A DNA stretch of 64,000 bases from an uncultured Bacilli bacterium (GTDB lineage Bacteria; Bacillota_I; Bacilli_A; RF39; UBA660): assembly GCA_934177545.1 (NCBI GenBank), contig CAKPPI010000001.1:4255-68254 (forward strand), read 5' to 3'. The notes below the pieces were generated by a model, which saw only the letters and a list, made by a program, of their open reading frames with translations, ran no database searches and was not told where the DNA came from. Shown piece by piece: positions 51,441 to 61,060 of this stretch; position 1 is the stretch's first letter, and each line of letters opens with the position of its first letter. A program made the position numbers and the translations under genes.

Positions 51441-53231
51441 ATGAAACAATATAAGAATAGAGAAGAAGTAGAGGAAAAATATAAGTGGGATTTAACGGAA
51501 TACTATAAAAGTGATGATGAGTTTTTTGAAACTTACTCTAAACTAAATAAAGAGTTAGATATATTAAAAAATTATGTAGGGTGTACTACTGATTCTTTTA
51601 AACTCTATGAATATTTAGATAAAGAAATTAAATATGAAACAGAAATTGAAAGAATGTATATTTATGCTAGTGTAAGAAATGATGAATTGTTAGGACAACC
51701 TATTCCTTTAGATATGTTAAATAAAGCTAGCTTATTAATAACTAAATTAAATAATTTAACAGCTTTTTTCAATCCGGAGTTATTAAAAATAACAAGCACT
51801 TCTTATAAACAATTATTTATTACTAATAATAAATTAAATGATTATAAGCCATATTTAGATGATATCTATCGTTATAAAGAACACGTTTTAAACGAAGAAG
51901 AAGAGAAATTAGTAACTTCTTTAGTATCTGCTACTGATGACTTTAGTAATATTTCTTCTAACTTGCTTAATGGTGAACATAATTATGGTAAAGTAATAAT
52001 TAATGAACATGAGAAAGTTGAGTTAACAACAACTAATTCTCGTTTTCTTAAAACTTCTAAAGATAGAAAGGTTAGAAAACAAGCTGATACAAAGTTATTA
52101 AAGAAAGCAAGTGAATACGCCTCAACCTCAGCTAGTCTTTTGAATGGGTATGTTAAATTAAAGGATACATTAGCAGGTATTTATCACTTTAGTGATTCTT
52201 TAGAAGCAAAATTATTTTCCAATGAGTTAAATGTTAAAGTATATGATACTTTATCAAAAGTAGTTAGAGAAAATGTTTCATCATTACAAAGATATTATAA
52301 AGTAAGAAAGAAGATACTTGATCTAGATGAATTATATACTTATGATTTATTGGCAAAACTTTCTAATTCTACTAAAGAATATTCAATAGAAGAAGCACAA
52401 CAAATTGTAAGAGAAGCTTTAAAACCATTAGGAGAAGACTATTTAGCTAAGTATGATAAGATAATTAAGAACAGGTATATTGATTACTGTCAATATAAAG
52501 GTAAATGTAGTGGTGGCTATTCTATTAGTGGACATGAGAATAATTCAAGAATACTTATGAGTTATAATTATGATTTCGAATCTATTTCAACTATTGCTCA
52601 TGAAGCTGGTCATAATATTAATCATCAGTATTTAATTGAAAATAATTTTCTACCTTACCGTGAGAATGCTATAATTAATGCTGAAGTTACTTCCTTAATA
52701 AATGAGTGTTTACTTGCAAATTATATGATTAAGAATGCTAAAACTAAGGAAGAAAAGATACTTGGACTTGAAAATATTATTGGTGTTATTGAATCTAACT
52801 TATTCGGTGCTACTCGCGAATGTGATATGGAACGTTTAATGTATGAACATGTTCATAATGGTAATTGTTTAACTAAAGAATTCATGGGTAAAATAACTAA
52901 AGATTCGCTAAAATATTATTATGGTAAAGAAGTTAAACTAACTAAGTATAGTCCATATAACTGGATATATAGAAGTCATTATTATATGAATTTCTACTTA
53001 TATAGCTATGCTATTTGTATATCAGTAGCATCTCACTTAGCAAGTGACATATTAAATGGTAATAAGGAAACACTTGATAAATACTTAAAATATATTAAAA
53101 CTGGTTCAAATGTTACTCCTCTCGATACTTTTAAAATATTAGGTGTAGATTTAGAAAAAGAAGATGTTTATCTAGATGCTATTAAATATTTTGATAGTTT
53201 AGTAGATGAACTTGAAGAATTAACAAAATAG
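51441..53231 (+). CDS. pepF: oligoendopeptidase F (M3B family)
   Basis: HEAGHNINH zinc motif. The N-terminus [12 protein letters not shown] is PepF-like. Start ATG at 51441 with an AAGAGGA RBS. Confidence 0.8.
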   Translation: MKQYKNREEVEEKYKWDLTEYYKSDDEFFETYSKLNKELDILKNYVGCTTDSFKLYEYLDKEIKYETEIERMYIYASVRNDELLGQPIPLDMLNKASLLITKLNNLTAFFNPELLKITSTSYKQLFITNNKLNDYKPYLDDIYRYKEHVLNEEEEKLVTSLVSATDDFSNISSNLLNGEHNYGKVIINEHEKVELTTTNSRFLKTSKDRKVRKQADTKLLKKASEYASTSASLLNGYVKLKDTLAGIYHFSDSLEAKLFSNELNVKVYDTLSKVVRENVSSLQRYYKVRKKILDLDELYTYDLLAKLSNSTKEYSIEEAQQIVREALKPLGEDYLAKYDKIIKNRYIDYCQYKGKCSGGYSISGHENNSRILMSYNYDFESISTIAHEAGHNINHQYLIENNFLPYRENAIINAEVTSLINECLLANYMIKNAKTKEEKILGLENIIGVIESNLFGATRECDMERLMYEHVHNGNCLTKEFMGKITKDSLKYYYGKEVKLTKYSPYNWIYRSHYYMNFYLYSYAICISVASHLASDILNGNKETLDKYLKYIKTGSNVTPLDTFKILGVDLEKEDVYLDAIKYFDSLVDELEELTK

Positions 53232-53242
53232 GAGGTACAAGT

Positions 53243-54385
53243 ATGGCAACTAAAAGAGATTATTATGAGGTGTTAGGTGTTAGTAAAAGTGCTAGTCAAG
53301 ATGAAATAAAGAGTGCTTTTAGACGTCTTGCAAAGAAATATCATCCGGATATTAGTAAAGAAGAAAATGCTGAAGAAAAATTTAAAGAAGTACAAGAAGC
53401 ATATTCAGTTTTGTCAGATGAAACTAAAAGAAAACAATATGATCAATTTGGTCATGCAGCTTTCCAAGGCGGAGCAGCTGGTGGTAATCCTTATGGAGGT
53501 TTTTCATCAGGTGGTTTTGGCTTTGATGCTAGTGACTTAGGAGATATTTTCGAAGACTTATTTGGTGGAGGCTTTGGAGGTTTCTCTAGTGGCAGTAGTA
53601 GAACAAGTAATAGAAAACAACGTGGTAGTGATATGCTACTTAGAATGAATCTTACTTTTGAAGAAGCAGTATTTGGTTGTGAGAAGGATATAGATGTAGA
53701 TGTAATTGATGAATGTGATAATTGTCATGGTAAAGGTGGTTTTGATGAGAAAACTTGTTCAAGATGTCATGGTAGTGGAACAGTTACGGTAGAACAAAGA
53801 ACAATTTTAGGTTCATTTGTTACTAAATCAACTTGTCCTGATTGTAAAGGAAAAGGTAAGACTTTTGCCAAAACTTGTTCAGATTGTCGTGGAACAGGTA
53901 CTGTCAAGGTAAGAAAAACTATTACTGTACACGTTCCTGCTGGAATAGATAATGGAGAAAGATTAAGATTAGCAGGTAAAGGACATGCTTCCCCTAATGG
54001 TGGAGAGTCAGGCGACTTGTATTTAGAGTTTACCATCAAAGAACATGACTACTTTAAAAGAGATGGTAATGATATCTACTTAGAAGTACCAATTACTATT
54101 GTAGAAGCAACACTAGGCTGTAAAAAAGAAATACCAACTATCTATGGTAATATAACTGTATCTGTACCAGCTGGAACTGATAGTGGTACTAAACAACGAG
54201 TAAGAGGAAAGGGCATCAAAGACGATAGAAGAAGAACAGGGGATATGTATATAATCTATCGAGTACAAACTCCTAAAAAACTTTCAAGAGATCAGAAAAA
54301 ACTATTTGAGTCCCTTGCTAATACCGACTTTAAGGATATAGATATTGATAGATTTGATAAATTTACAAGAAAGAATGAATCTTAA
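53243..54385 (+). CDS. dnaJ: molecular chaperone DnaJ
   Basis: J-domain with HPD (KYHPDIS), a G/F-rich region and four CxxCxGxG zinc-finger repeats. Confidence 0.95.
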   Translation: MATKRDYYEVLGVSKSASQDEIKSAFRRLAKKYHPDISKEENAEEKFKEVQEAYSVLSDETKRKQYDQFGHAAFQGGAAGGNPYGGFSSGGFGFDASDLGDIFEDLFGGGFGGFSSGSSRTSNRKQRGSDMLLRMNLTFEEAVFGCEKDIDVDVIDECDNCHGKGGFDEKTCSRCHGSGTVTVEQRTILGSFVTKSTCPDCKGKGKTFAKTCSDCRGTGTVKVRKTITVHVPAGIDNGERLRLAGKGHASPNGGESGDLYLEFTIKEHDYFKRDGNDIYLEVPITIVEATLGCKKEIPTIYGNITVSVPAGTDSGTKQRVRGKGIKDDRRRTGDMYIIYRVQTPKKLSRDQKKLFESLANTDFKDIDIDRFDKFTRKNES

Positions 54386-54449
54386 AGATTTGTTCTTTTT
54401 TTGACATAATTTTTATATACAATGTGCTAAATTATCATTAGGTGATAAA

Positions 54450-54941
54450 ATGAAAAAAGAAAAATGGTGGGGTACAATTCTTCTTCTATTAATAATAATG
54501 TTTAGTTTTATGACTAAGGATGATATAACAACAGATACAGTTTATGTTACTAATACAAATATGACTTTTGAAATAGAAAACTTAACTAAAAAAATTAATA
54601 TAGATGATATCTCTTATGAAGAAATTAATTCAAAAGAAAAAATACTAACCATTAATAATTCCAAAGAAATAACTTATCAACTAGCAGAATCTTATTTATC
54701 TAGTGATTTCCTAAAGAAATATCCAAACTTTATTTTTAATAATGAAAGGTATCAGATATTTACCGTTATTTATAATAAAGACATTAAAGTATTAAATAAC
54801 CATTTAGACTATATAAATGAATTGCAAGAGTTATCTAACTATTATATATTTTATGAACCGAGATTAGATGATGAAATTATATTATTAAGAGTTGTAAAAG
54901 AGAATAAAGAAATAGTATTAGGTGCTACAAAATTTAAATAA
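54450..54941 (+). CDS. hypothetical membrane-anchored protein (163 aa)
   Basis: An N-terminal TM segment WWGTILLLLIIMF. No family recognised. Confidence 0.45.
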   Translation: MKKEKWWGTILLLLIIMFSFMTKDDITTDTVYVTNTNMTFEIENLTKKINIDDISYEEINSKEKILTINNSKEITYQLAESYLSSDFLKKYPNFIFNNERYQIFTVIYNKDIKVLNNHLDYINELQELSNYYIFYEPRLDDEIILLRVVKENKEIVLGATKFK

Positions 54942-54959
54942 AATCACCAAAAATAATTG

Positions 54960-55231
54960 ACAAGTTATAAAATAGTATTGTAAACTTTACTAGAAAACGT
55001 TGATGAAGAGAAGTAGTAATACTTGACTTATAAGAGAAGCTGTGGTTGGTGAAAACAGTTAAGAAAAGTATTAACGAATAACACTTCGGAGTGCTTAAAG
55101 AATAAAGTAGACTAAGCCGGGTAGACTCCCGTTAACAAGATAAGCGATTATCATGCTTGATAATAAATTGGGTGGTACCGCGGGTAAAAGACTCGTCCCT
55201 TAACTGGGATTAGAGTCTTTTTCGTTTTCTA
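54960..55231 (+). promoter_or_regulatory. T-box leader (candidate Asn AAC specifier) upstream of gatCAB-aspS2
   Basis: Stem-I distal motif GGUUGGUGAAAACAGUU. T-box sequence AAAUUGGGUGGUACCGCGG (55166-55184). Terminator aagactc...gagtctt followed by a T-run (55187-55231). Confidence 0.65.
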
Positions 55232-55249
55232 AAGAAAGGACTGATAAAT

Positions 55250-55558
55250 GTGATAACTAAAGAAATGCTAAAAGACTATGCTAGAAAGTTAATGTTTGAC
55301 ATGGATGATAATGAGTATGAAACCTTAGAAGATGAGTTTAAAACTATTCTTAAACAAATGGAACTTATCGAAAATATTCCTAATATAAAAAAGACAGAAC
55401 CATTATTTTATCCATATGTCTCATATGAAGCGAAGCTTAGATGTGACGAGATTAATGAAATGGAGATGCTTTCTGTTAATGAGGTGTTAGAAAATACAGA
55501 ACATCAAGTAAGAGATCAAGTAAAAGTACCAAGGGTGGTGGAAGCTGATGAATTATAG
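55250..55558 (+). CDS. gatC: Asp-tRNA(Asn)/Glu-tRNA(Gln) amidotransferase subunit C
   Basis: About 100 aa and acidic, immediately upstream of gatA. GTG start at 55250; the alternative is ATG at 55265. Confidence 0.8.
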   Translation: MITKEMLKDYARKLMFDMDDNEYETLEDEFKTILKQMELIENIPNIKKTEPLFYPYVSYEAKLRCDEINEMEMLSVNEVLENTEHQVRDQVKVPRVVEADEL

Positions 55559-56996
55559 AAAATGTTTAATTAGTGATTTAAGAGAAAATTTAGATGATGG
55601 TAGTATAACTAGTGAAGAACTATTTAATGAAGCAGTTAGTCTTGCTAATAAGTATCAGGATCCTTATAACTGTTTTGTAACTATCTGTGATAAGTTTAAG
55701 ATGAAGAAAAGAACTACGCCACTAGCAGGTATACCTTATGCTTTAAAAGATAATATTTCAACTAGTAATATTTTAACAACAGCATCTAGTAACATCTTAA
55801 AAAATTATGTACCAGTCTATGATGCGACAGTTTATAAGAAATTAAAGAATGCTGGAGCAGTATTAGTTGGAAAAACCGTTTTAGATGAACTTGCTATGGG
55901 TGGAACTGGAACAACTGGACATACTGGAATAGTTAGAAATCCTTATGACAAGACAAGAGAGATTGGTGGATCAAGTGCAGGAAGTGCTGCTGCAGTTGCT
56001 CTTGGAATTGTACCTTTTGCTATTGGAAGTGATACTGGTGACTCTATTAGAAAACCAGCTGCTTTTGGCGGAGTGGTTGGCTATAAACCAACATATGGTT
56101 TAATATCTCGTTATGGTCTATTTGCTTTTGCTTCAAGCCTTGATCATGTTGGTTGCTTTGCAAGAAGTGTTAAAGATGTCGCTTTAGTTACTAATACTAT
56201 TAAAGGATATGATCCTCATGATATGACTACTTATCAAGATGATAGTGATTTACTATCTGGTATCGATGAACCGTTAGCAGGTAAAAAGTTATTTTATATC
56301 AAAGAAATAGTAGATAGAAGCTTATATAAAGAAGACGATGATGAGTTGATGCAAGTATTAGATAACTTTTATTCACTTCTTGAAAGATTAAAAACTAGGG
56401 GAGCAGAAATAACAGAAGTATCCATTGATAAAGCGTTACTAGAAGCGATATATCCTACTTATATGACTATATCTTGTGCCGAAGCGACTAGTAATAACTC
56501 TAACTTAACAGGAATAGCTTTTGGAAATAGAGTAGCTAAAGATGATGTTAATAGTCTAATAACTGCTACTAGAACAGAAGGCTTCTCAGAACTTATTAAA
56601 AGACGTTTTGTCCTAGGTAGTTATATTTTACAAAAAGAAAATCAAGAGAAACTTTATCTAAATGCCTGTCGAGTTAGAAGATTATTAGTAGATAAATTAA
56701 CAAATCTTTTCAAAGAATATGATAGCTTAATCTTACCTTGTAGTGGTGGACCTGCTCCTAAGTTTGATGATGATAGTGACAAGCTAAGTGATAAATACCT
56801 ATTATTAGAAAACCATATGGCACTAGGTAACTTCGGAGGATTCCCATCAATTACTATCCCATCAGGATTTGTAAATAACTGTCCAATTGGTATTAACCTT
56901 ACTAGTGGAATAAAAGAAGATAAGAAAGTATTAAATATTGCTAATGAGATAGAAATGCTAACCGGTCTTAAAGGACAAATAGGAGGTGAAGAGTAA
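55548..56996 (+). CDS. gatA: amidotransferase subunit A (amidase signature family)
   Basis: GGSSAGSAAAVA amidase signature. 482 aa. Confidence 0.9.
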   Translation: MNYRKCLISDLRENLDDGSITSEELFNEAVSLANKYQDPYNCFVTICDKFKMKKRTTPLAGIPYALKDNISTSNILTTASSNILKNYVPVYDATVYKKLKNAGAVLVGKTVLDELAMGGTGTTGHTGIVRNPYDKTREIGGSSAGSAAAVALGIVPFAIGSDTGDSIRKPAAFGGVVGYKPTYGLISRYGLFAFASSLDHVGCFARSVKDVALVTNTIKGYDPHDMTTYQDDSDLLSGIDEPLAGKKLFYIKEIVDRSLYKEDDDELMQVLDNFYSLLERLKTRGAEITEVSIDKALLEAIYPTYMTISCAEATSNNSNLTGIAFGNRVAKDDVNSLITATRTEGFSELIKRRFVLGSYILQKENQEKLYLNACRVRRLLVDKLTNLFKEYDSLILPCSGGPAPKFDDDSDKLSDKYLLLENHMALGNFGGFPSITIPSGFVNNCPIGINLTSGIKEDKKVLNIANEIEMLTGLKGQIGGEE

Positions 56997-58423
56997 TGTA
57001 TGATGTAGTTATTGGACTTGAAGTACACTGTGAATTAGATACGTTATCTAAAAACTTTTCAAGTAGTGAAAATAGTTATACTAAGATTCCTAATATTCAC
57101 GTTTCACCAGTTGATTTAGGACTACCGGGAATATTACCTGTTGTAAATGAAAAAGCTTGTTATAATGCTTTAAGAACAGCGATGGCTCTTCACTGTGAAA
57201 ATCCTGATGAGATAATGTTTGATCGCAAGAACTATTTTTATCCCGACCTTCCTAAAGGCTACCAAATAACTCAAGTTACTAAACCAATGGGAAGAAACGG
57301 TTACTTAGATATATTAGTAGATGGTTCTATCAAAAGAGTATTAATTCATCAGTTACATCTAGAAGAAGATACAGCTAGTCTAGAGCATGATAAGAACTAT
57401 TCCCTAATAGATTATAACCGTAGTGGTATACCACTAATGGAAATAGTAACAGAACCATGTCTTACCAGTGCTCTTGAAGCAGTAACTTTTCTAGAAGACT
57501 TAAGAGATGTCTTCTTATATCTAGGAGTTAGTGAAGCAAAGACTGATAAAGGTCAGATGAGATGTGATGTTAATATCTCTTTAAAAGAAAAAGGTAGTGA
57601 TAAGCTTGGTACTAAAGTCGAGATGAAAAACATTAACTCATTCACAAGTGTCAAAGAAGCGATAGAATATGAAATAAAAAGACAAAGTGAAGCCTTGGCT
57701 AATGGCGAGAAGATAATTCAAGAGACAAGACGAATTGATGAGACGGGAAAAACTCACTCTATGCGTGAAAAAGTAGATGCCATTGATTATAAATACTTTG
57801 TCGATGCTAACTTACCACCAGTTAAAATAACGGATGCTAAGAAAGAAGAACTAAGAAGTTCTATTCCTAAATTAAAACTAGATAGAATTTTAACTTATCA
57901 AAAAGAACTAGGACTAGATTATTATGATGCTTCTATTATTGCTAAAGAAAGAGACCTAGCAGACTACTTTGAAGAGACTGTAAAAGATGTAAGCTTAGCT
58001 GTTAACTTTATAACAACTAGTATCTTATCAACTTTAAATAAACTAGAAATTACTATTGAAGAGTTAGTAGTAACTCCTTCAATGCTAAGTAGTTTAATAA
58101 ACTTAGTAAGTAGTGATAAGTTATCACTTGATCATGCTAAGAAAATACTTTATAAAGCAATAGAATTAAAAACTGATCCTATTAAATTAATAGAGAAAGA
58201 AAATTTGTCACAAATAAACGATAAAGATGAATTAATTAAATACATAAAAATAGAGTTTGATAAATATCCTAATCAAGTAGAACAATATATAAAAGAAGAT
58301 AATTTATCAGTTATTAATTTCTTTATGGGAAAAGTTATGTCATCTACTAAAAGACAAGCTAATCCTAATATGACAAGAGAATTAATCAAAGAAGAACTAG
58401 AAAGGATGAAGAAGAATGATTAA
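56996..58423 (+). CDS. gatB: amidotransferase subunit B
   Basis: MYDVVIGLEVHCEL N-terminus and a GatB/YqeY C-terminal domain. Confidence 0.9.
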   Translation: MYDVVIGLEVHCELDTLSKNFSSSENSYTKIPNIHVSPVDLGLPGILPVVNEKACYNALRTAMALHCENPDEIMFDRKNYFYPDLPKGYQITQVTKPMGRNGYLDILVDGSIKRVLIHQLHLEEDTASLEHDKNYSLIDYNRSGIPLMEIVTEPCLTSALEAVTFLEDLRDVFLYLGVSEAKTDKGQMRCDVNISLKEKGSDKLGTKVEMKNINSFTSVKEAIEYEIKRQSEALANGEKIIQETRRIDETGKTHSMREKVDAIDYKYFVDANLPPVKITDAKKEELRSSIPKLKLDRILTYQKELGLDYYDASIIAKERDLADYFEETVKDVSLAVNFITTSILSTLNKLEITIEELVVTPSMLSSLINLVSSDKLSLDHAKKILYKAIELKTDPIKLIEKENLSQINDKDELIKYIKIEFDKYPNQVEQYIKEDNLSVINFFMGKVMSSTKRQANPNMTRELIKEELERMKKND

Positions 58424-60161
58424 AAATATATATCGTGACTGCTATGCTGGTAGTCTTAGAGAAAAAGATATTGATAAAGAAGTAAAAGTAGCTGGTTTCA
58501 TTGAAAATATAAGAGACCATGGTGGAGTAATCTTTGTTGATTTAAGAGATTACTATGGAACACTACAATTAGTTAGTAATGATGATAAGATGTTTGATGA
58601 TTTAACAAGAGAGTCATCTGTTACAGTAACAGGAAAGATTCGTAAAAGAGATAGTGATGACTATAATGATCGAATTGAAACTGGTACTATTGAATTATTA
58701 GTTAGTTCTATAAAGGTACTTGGTAAGAGTAAGAATGTTTTACCATTTGAAGTTATGACTAGTAAAGATGTATCAGAAGATGTAAGACTAAAGTATCGTT
58801 ATCTAGATTTAAGAAATCCTAAAGTTAAACAATCTATTCTATTTAGAAATAAAGTTATTCACTTTTTAAGAAACTTAATGGAAAGTGAAGACTTTGTTGA
58901 ACTACAAACTCCAATCTTAACTTCATCATCTCCTGAAGGAGCAAGAGACTTTCTAGTACCTAGTAGAAAATATAAAGGAAAGTTTTATGCCCTACCACAA
59001 GCTCCTCAACAATTTAAACAACTACTAATGTGTGCTGGTTTTGATAAATACTATCAAATAGCACCATGCTTTAGAGATGAAGATGCAAGAAGTGACCGTG
59101 TTTATGGTGAATTCTATCAATTAGACTTTGAAATGGCTTTTTCAACTGAAGAAGATGTCCTAAGAATGGGTGAGAAAGTATTTTATGAAACATTTAGGGA
59201 GTTTGCTAAAGATAAAGATATATCAGAACCACCATTTATTAGATTAACTTATAAAGAAGCGATGGAAAAGTATGGTTCTGATAAACCAGATTTAAGAAAT
59301 CCTTTAGTTATAATTGATTTAACAGAAGAGTTTGAAGAGACAGAATTTCGTCCTTTTAGAGGTGTACCAGTTAAAGGAATAAAAGTAGAAAACTTAGCTA
59401 GTAAGAGTAATTCTTGGTTTAATGAGGTAGTTGATTATGCCAAAAGTATTGGTATGCCAGGAATTGGTTATTTAAAAGTAAATGAAGATTTATCATTTGC
59501 TGGTCCTATTGATAAGTTTTTAACTGAAGATGAACGTGAAGCTTTAATAGATAAAGCTGATCTTAAGAAAGATGATGTCTTATTCTTTATAGCAGATCGT
59601 AAAAAATCGCTAGAACTAGCTGGTTCTATTAGAATGGAGTTAGGTAGAAAACTTGATTTAATGGATCCTAATAAATATGTCTTTGCTATCATTCATGACT
59701 TTCCAATGTTTGAGTGGGATGAAGAAAATGAATGCTATACTTTCATGCATAATCCATTTAGTATGCCAAAAGATGGAATGAAAGGGCTTGATCAAAAAGT
59801 AGAAGACATTCTAGCTTATCAATTTGACTTTGTTTGTAATGGTGTAGAATTATCTAGTGGAGCAGTTAGAAACCATGACTTAGAAATCATGAAGAAAGTC
59901 TTTGCAATAGCAGGTTATGAGGAAGAAGAAATCGAAAAGAGATTTAAAGCTTTATATGAAGCTTTCCAATATGGAGCACCACCTCATGCTGGTATGGCCC
60001 CTGGACTTGATCGTATTCTAATGATGCTTCTAGATGAAGACTCTATTAGAGAAACAATCGCATTCCCAATGAGTGCTTCAGGAAGTGATATCTTAATGAA
60101 TGCTCCAAGTACTGTTACAGAACAACAATTAAGAGAAGTACATATCAAAGTAAGAGATTAG
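58416..60161 (+). CDS. aspS: aspartyl-tRNA synthetase, copy 2 (likely the non-discriminating AspRS, given operon context)
   Basis: Full-length bacterial-type AspRS with FRDEDARSDR and a GAD domain. It overlaps the gatB stop. Confidence 0.85.
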   Translation: MIKNIYRDCYAGSLREKDIDKEVKVAGFIENIRDHGGVIFVDLRDYYGTLQLVSNDDKMFDDLTRESSVTVTGKIRKRDSDDYNDRIETGTIELLVSSIKVLGKSKNVLPFEVMTSKDVSEDVRLKYRYLDLRNPKVKQSILFRNKVIHFLRNLMESEDFVELQTPILTSSSPEGARDFLVPSRKYKGKFYALPQAPQQFKQLLMCAGFDKYYQIAPCFRDEDARSDRVYGEFYQLDFEMAFSTEEDVLRMGEKVFYETFREFAKDKDISEPPFIRLTYKEAMEKYGSDKPDLRNPLVIIDLTEEFEETEFRPFRGVPVKGIKVENLASKSNSWFNEVVDYAKSIGMPGIGYLKVNEDLSFAGPIDKFLTEDEREALIDKADLKKDDVLFFIADRKKSLELAGSIRMELGRKLDLMDPNKYVFAIIHDFPMFEWDEENECYTFMHNPFSMPKDGMKGLDQKVEDILAYQFDFVCNGVELSSGAVRNHDLEIMKKVFAIAGYEEEEIEKRFKALYEAFQYGAPPHAGMAPGLDRILMMLLDEDSIRETIAFPMSASGSDILMNAPSTVTEQQLREVHIKVRD

Positions 60162-60192
60162 CTATAGAACACTCTATAGTTTTTCTTTTTAT
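60162..60192 (+). terminator. rho-independent terminator after aspS2
   Basis: ctatag-aacact-ctatag followed by tttttcttttt. Confidence 0.5.
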
Positions 60193-60270
60193 AGTTTGAC
60201 ATATTAACTGTATAAAATTAGTTTAAAACTAAAAATTAATTGAAAATCACCCCCTCTTTGTGTTAGAATC

Positions 60271-61060
60271 TAATTAAAGATAAGGAAGAGGTGATTACTA
60301 TGTATTTGTCAACCATAATGTCAAGTTTACAATTAGTTAACATGGGGGGGGCAATTTATATAGATTAATCACTTCTTTTTATCATGCATTAATAACGGGA
60401 TAGGACTAGTCTTATCTTGTTTTTTAGTGTAAATAAAATAGAAGGAGTGAATAAGAAAAATGAACAACAAGAAACAACTACTATTATCAATCGGACTTGT
60501 TTTAATACTAGTTCTAATGATAGTAGGAATCAGTTATGCAGCTTTTAAGTTTACTGGAACAGGTCAAAAAGCCAATACTATAACAACAGGTGCAATTACT
60601 ATGAAGTATACAGAGTCAACTAATACAATAAGTATGAATAATGCTCTACCAACAACTGATGCTACTGGGAAAGTAAGATTAACAGCTGGAGAATACTTTG
60701 ATTTTACTTTATCAGGTACAATTAAAGGATCAGAAAACATCAACTGGGAGATAGCAGCAGAAGATGTAACAACAGCATCTAGAAAGATAGATGGTAAATA
60801 TATAAAACTATATTTAACAAGTCTAGATGACACTGGTAATGAGAAAGAGGTAATGGTACCTAAAGTATATAAAACTGAATCAACAGAAAATACATATACT
60901 GGACGTCCTGCTAATATGATGAGTCTAGCTAAAGGAACAACATCTACAAGCTTCTCTACAAAATACCGTCTTAGAATGTATGTAGATGAAAGTTATAACC
61001 CGCAGGGAGATGGAGGAAACTTAGCATTTAGTATAAAGATAAATGCTTATGGTAAAACAG
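60271..61060 (+). repeat. copy 2 of the ~0.8 kb duplicated promoter/5'-CDS segment (G8 tract at 60344-60351)
   Basis: Near-identical to 16165..16960. The homopolymer length differs by one G. Confidence 0.85.

Noticed and set aside
53313-53540. 75-aa plus-strand ORF in an alternative frame inside dnaJ.
   Set aside because: It overlaps the conserved J-domain and G/F region of DnaJ in another frame, with no support.
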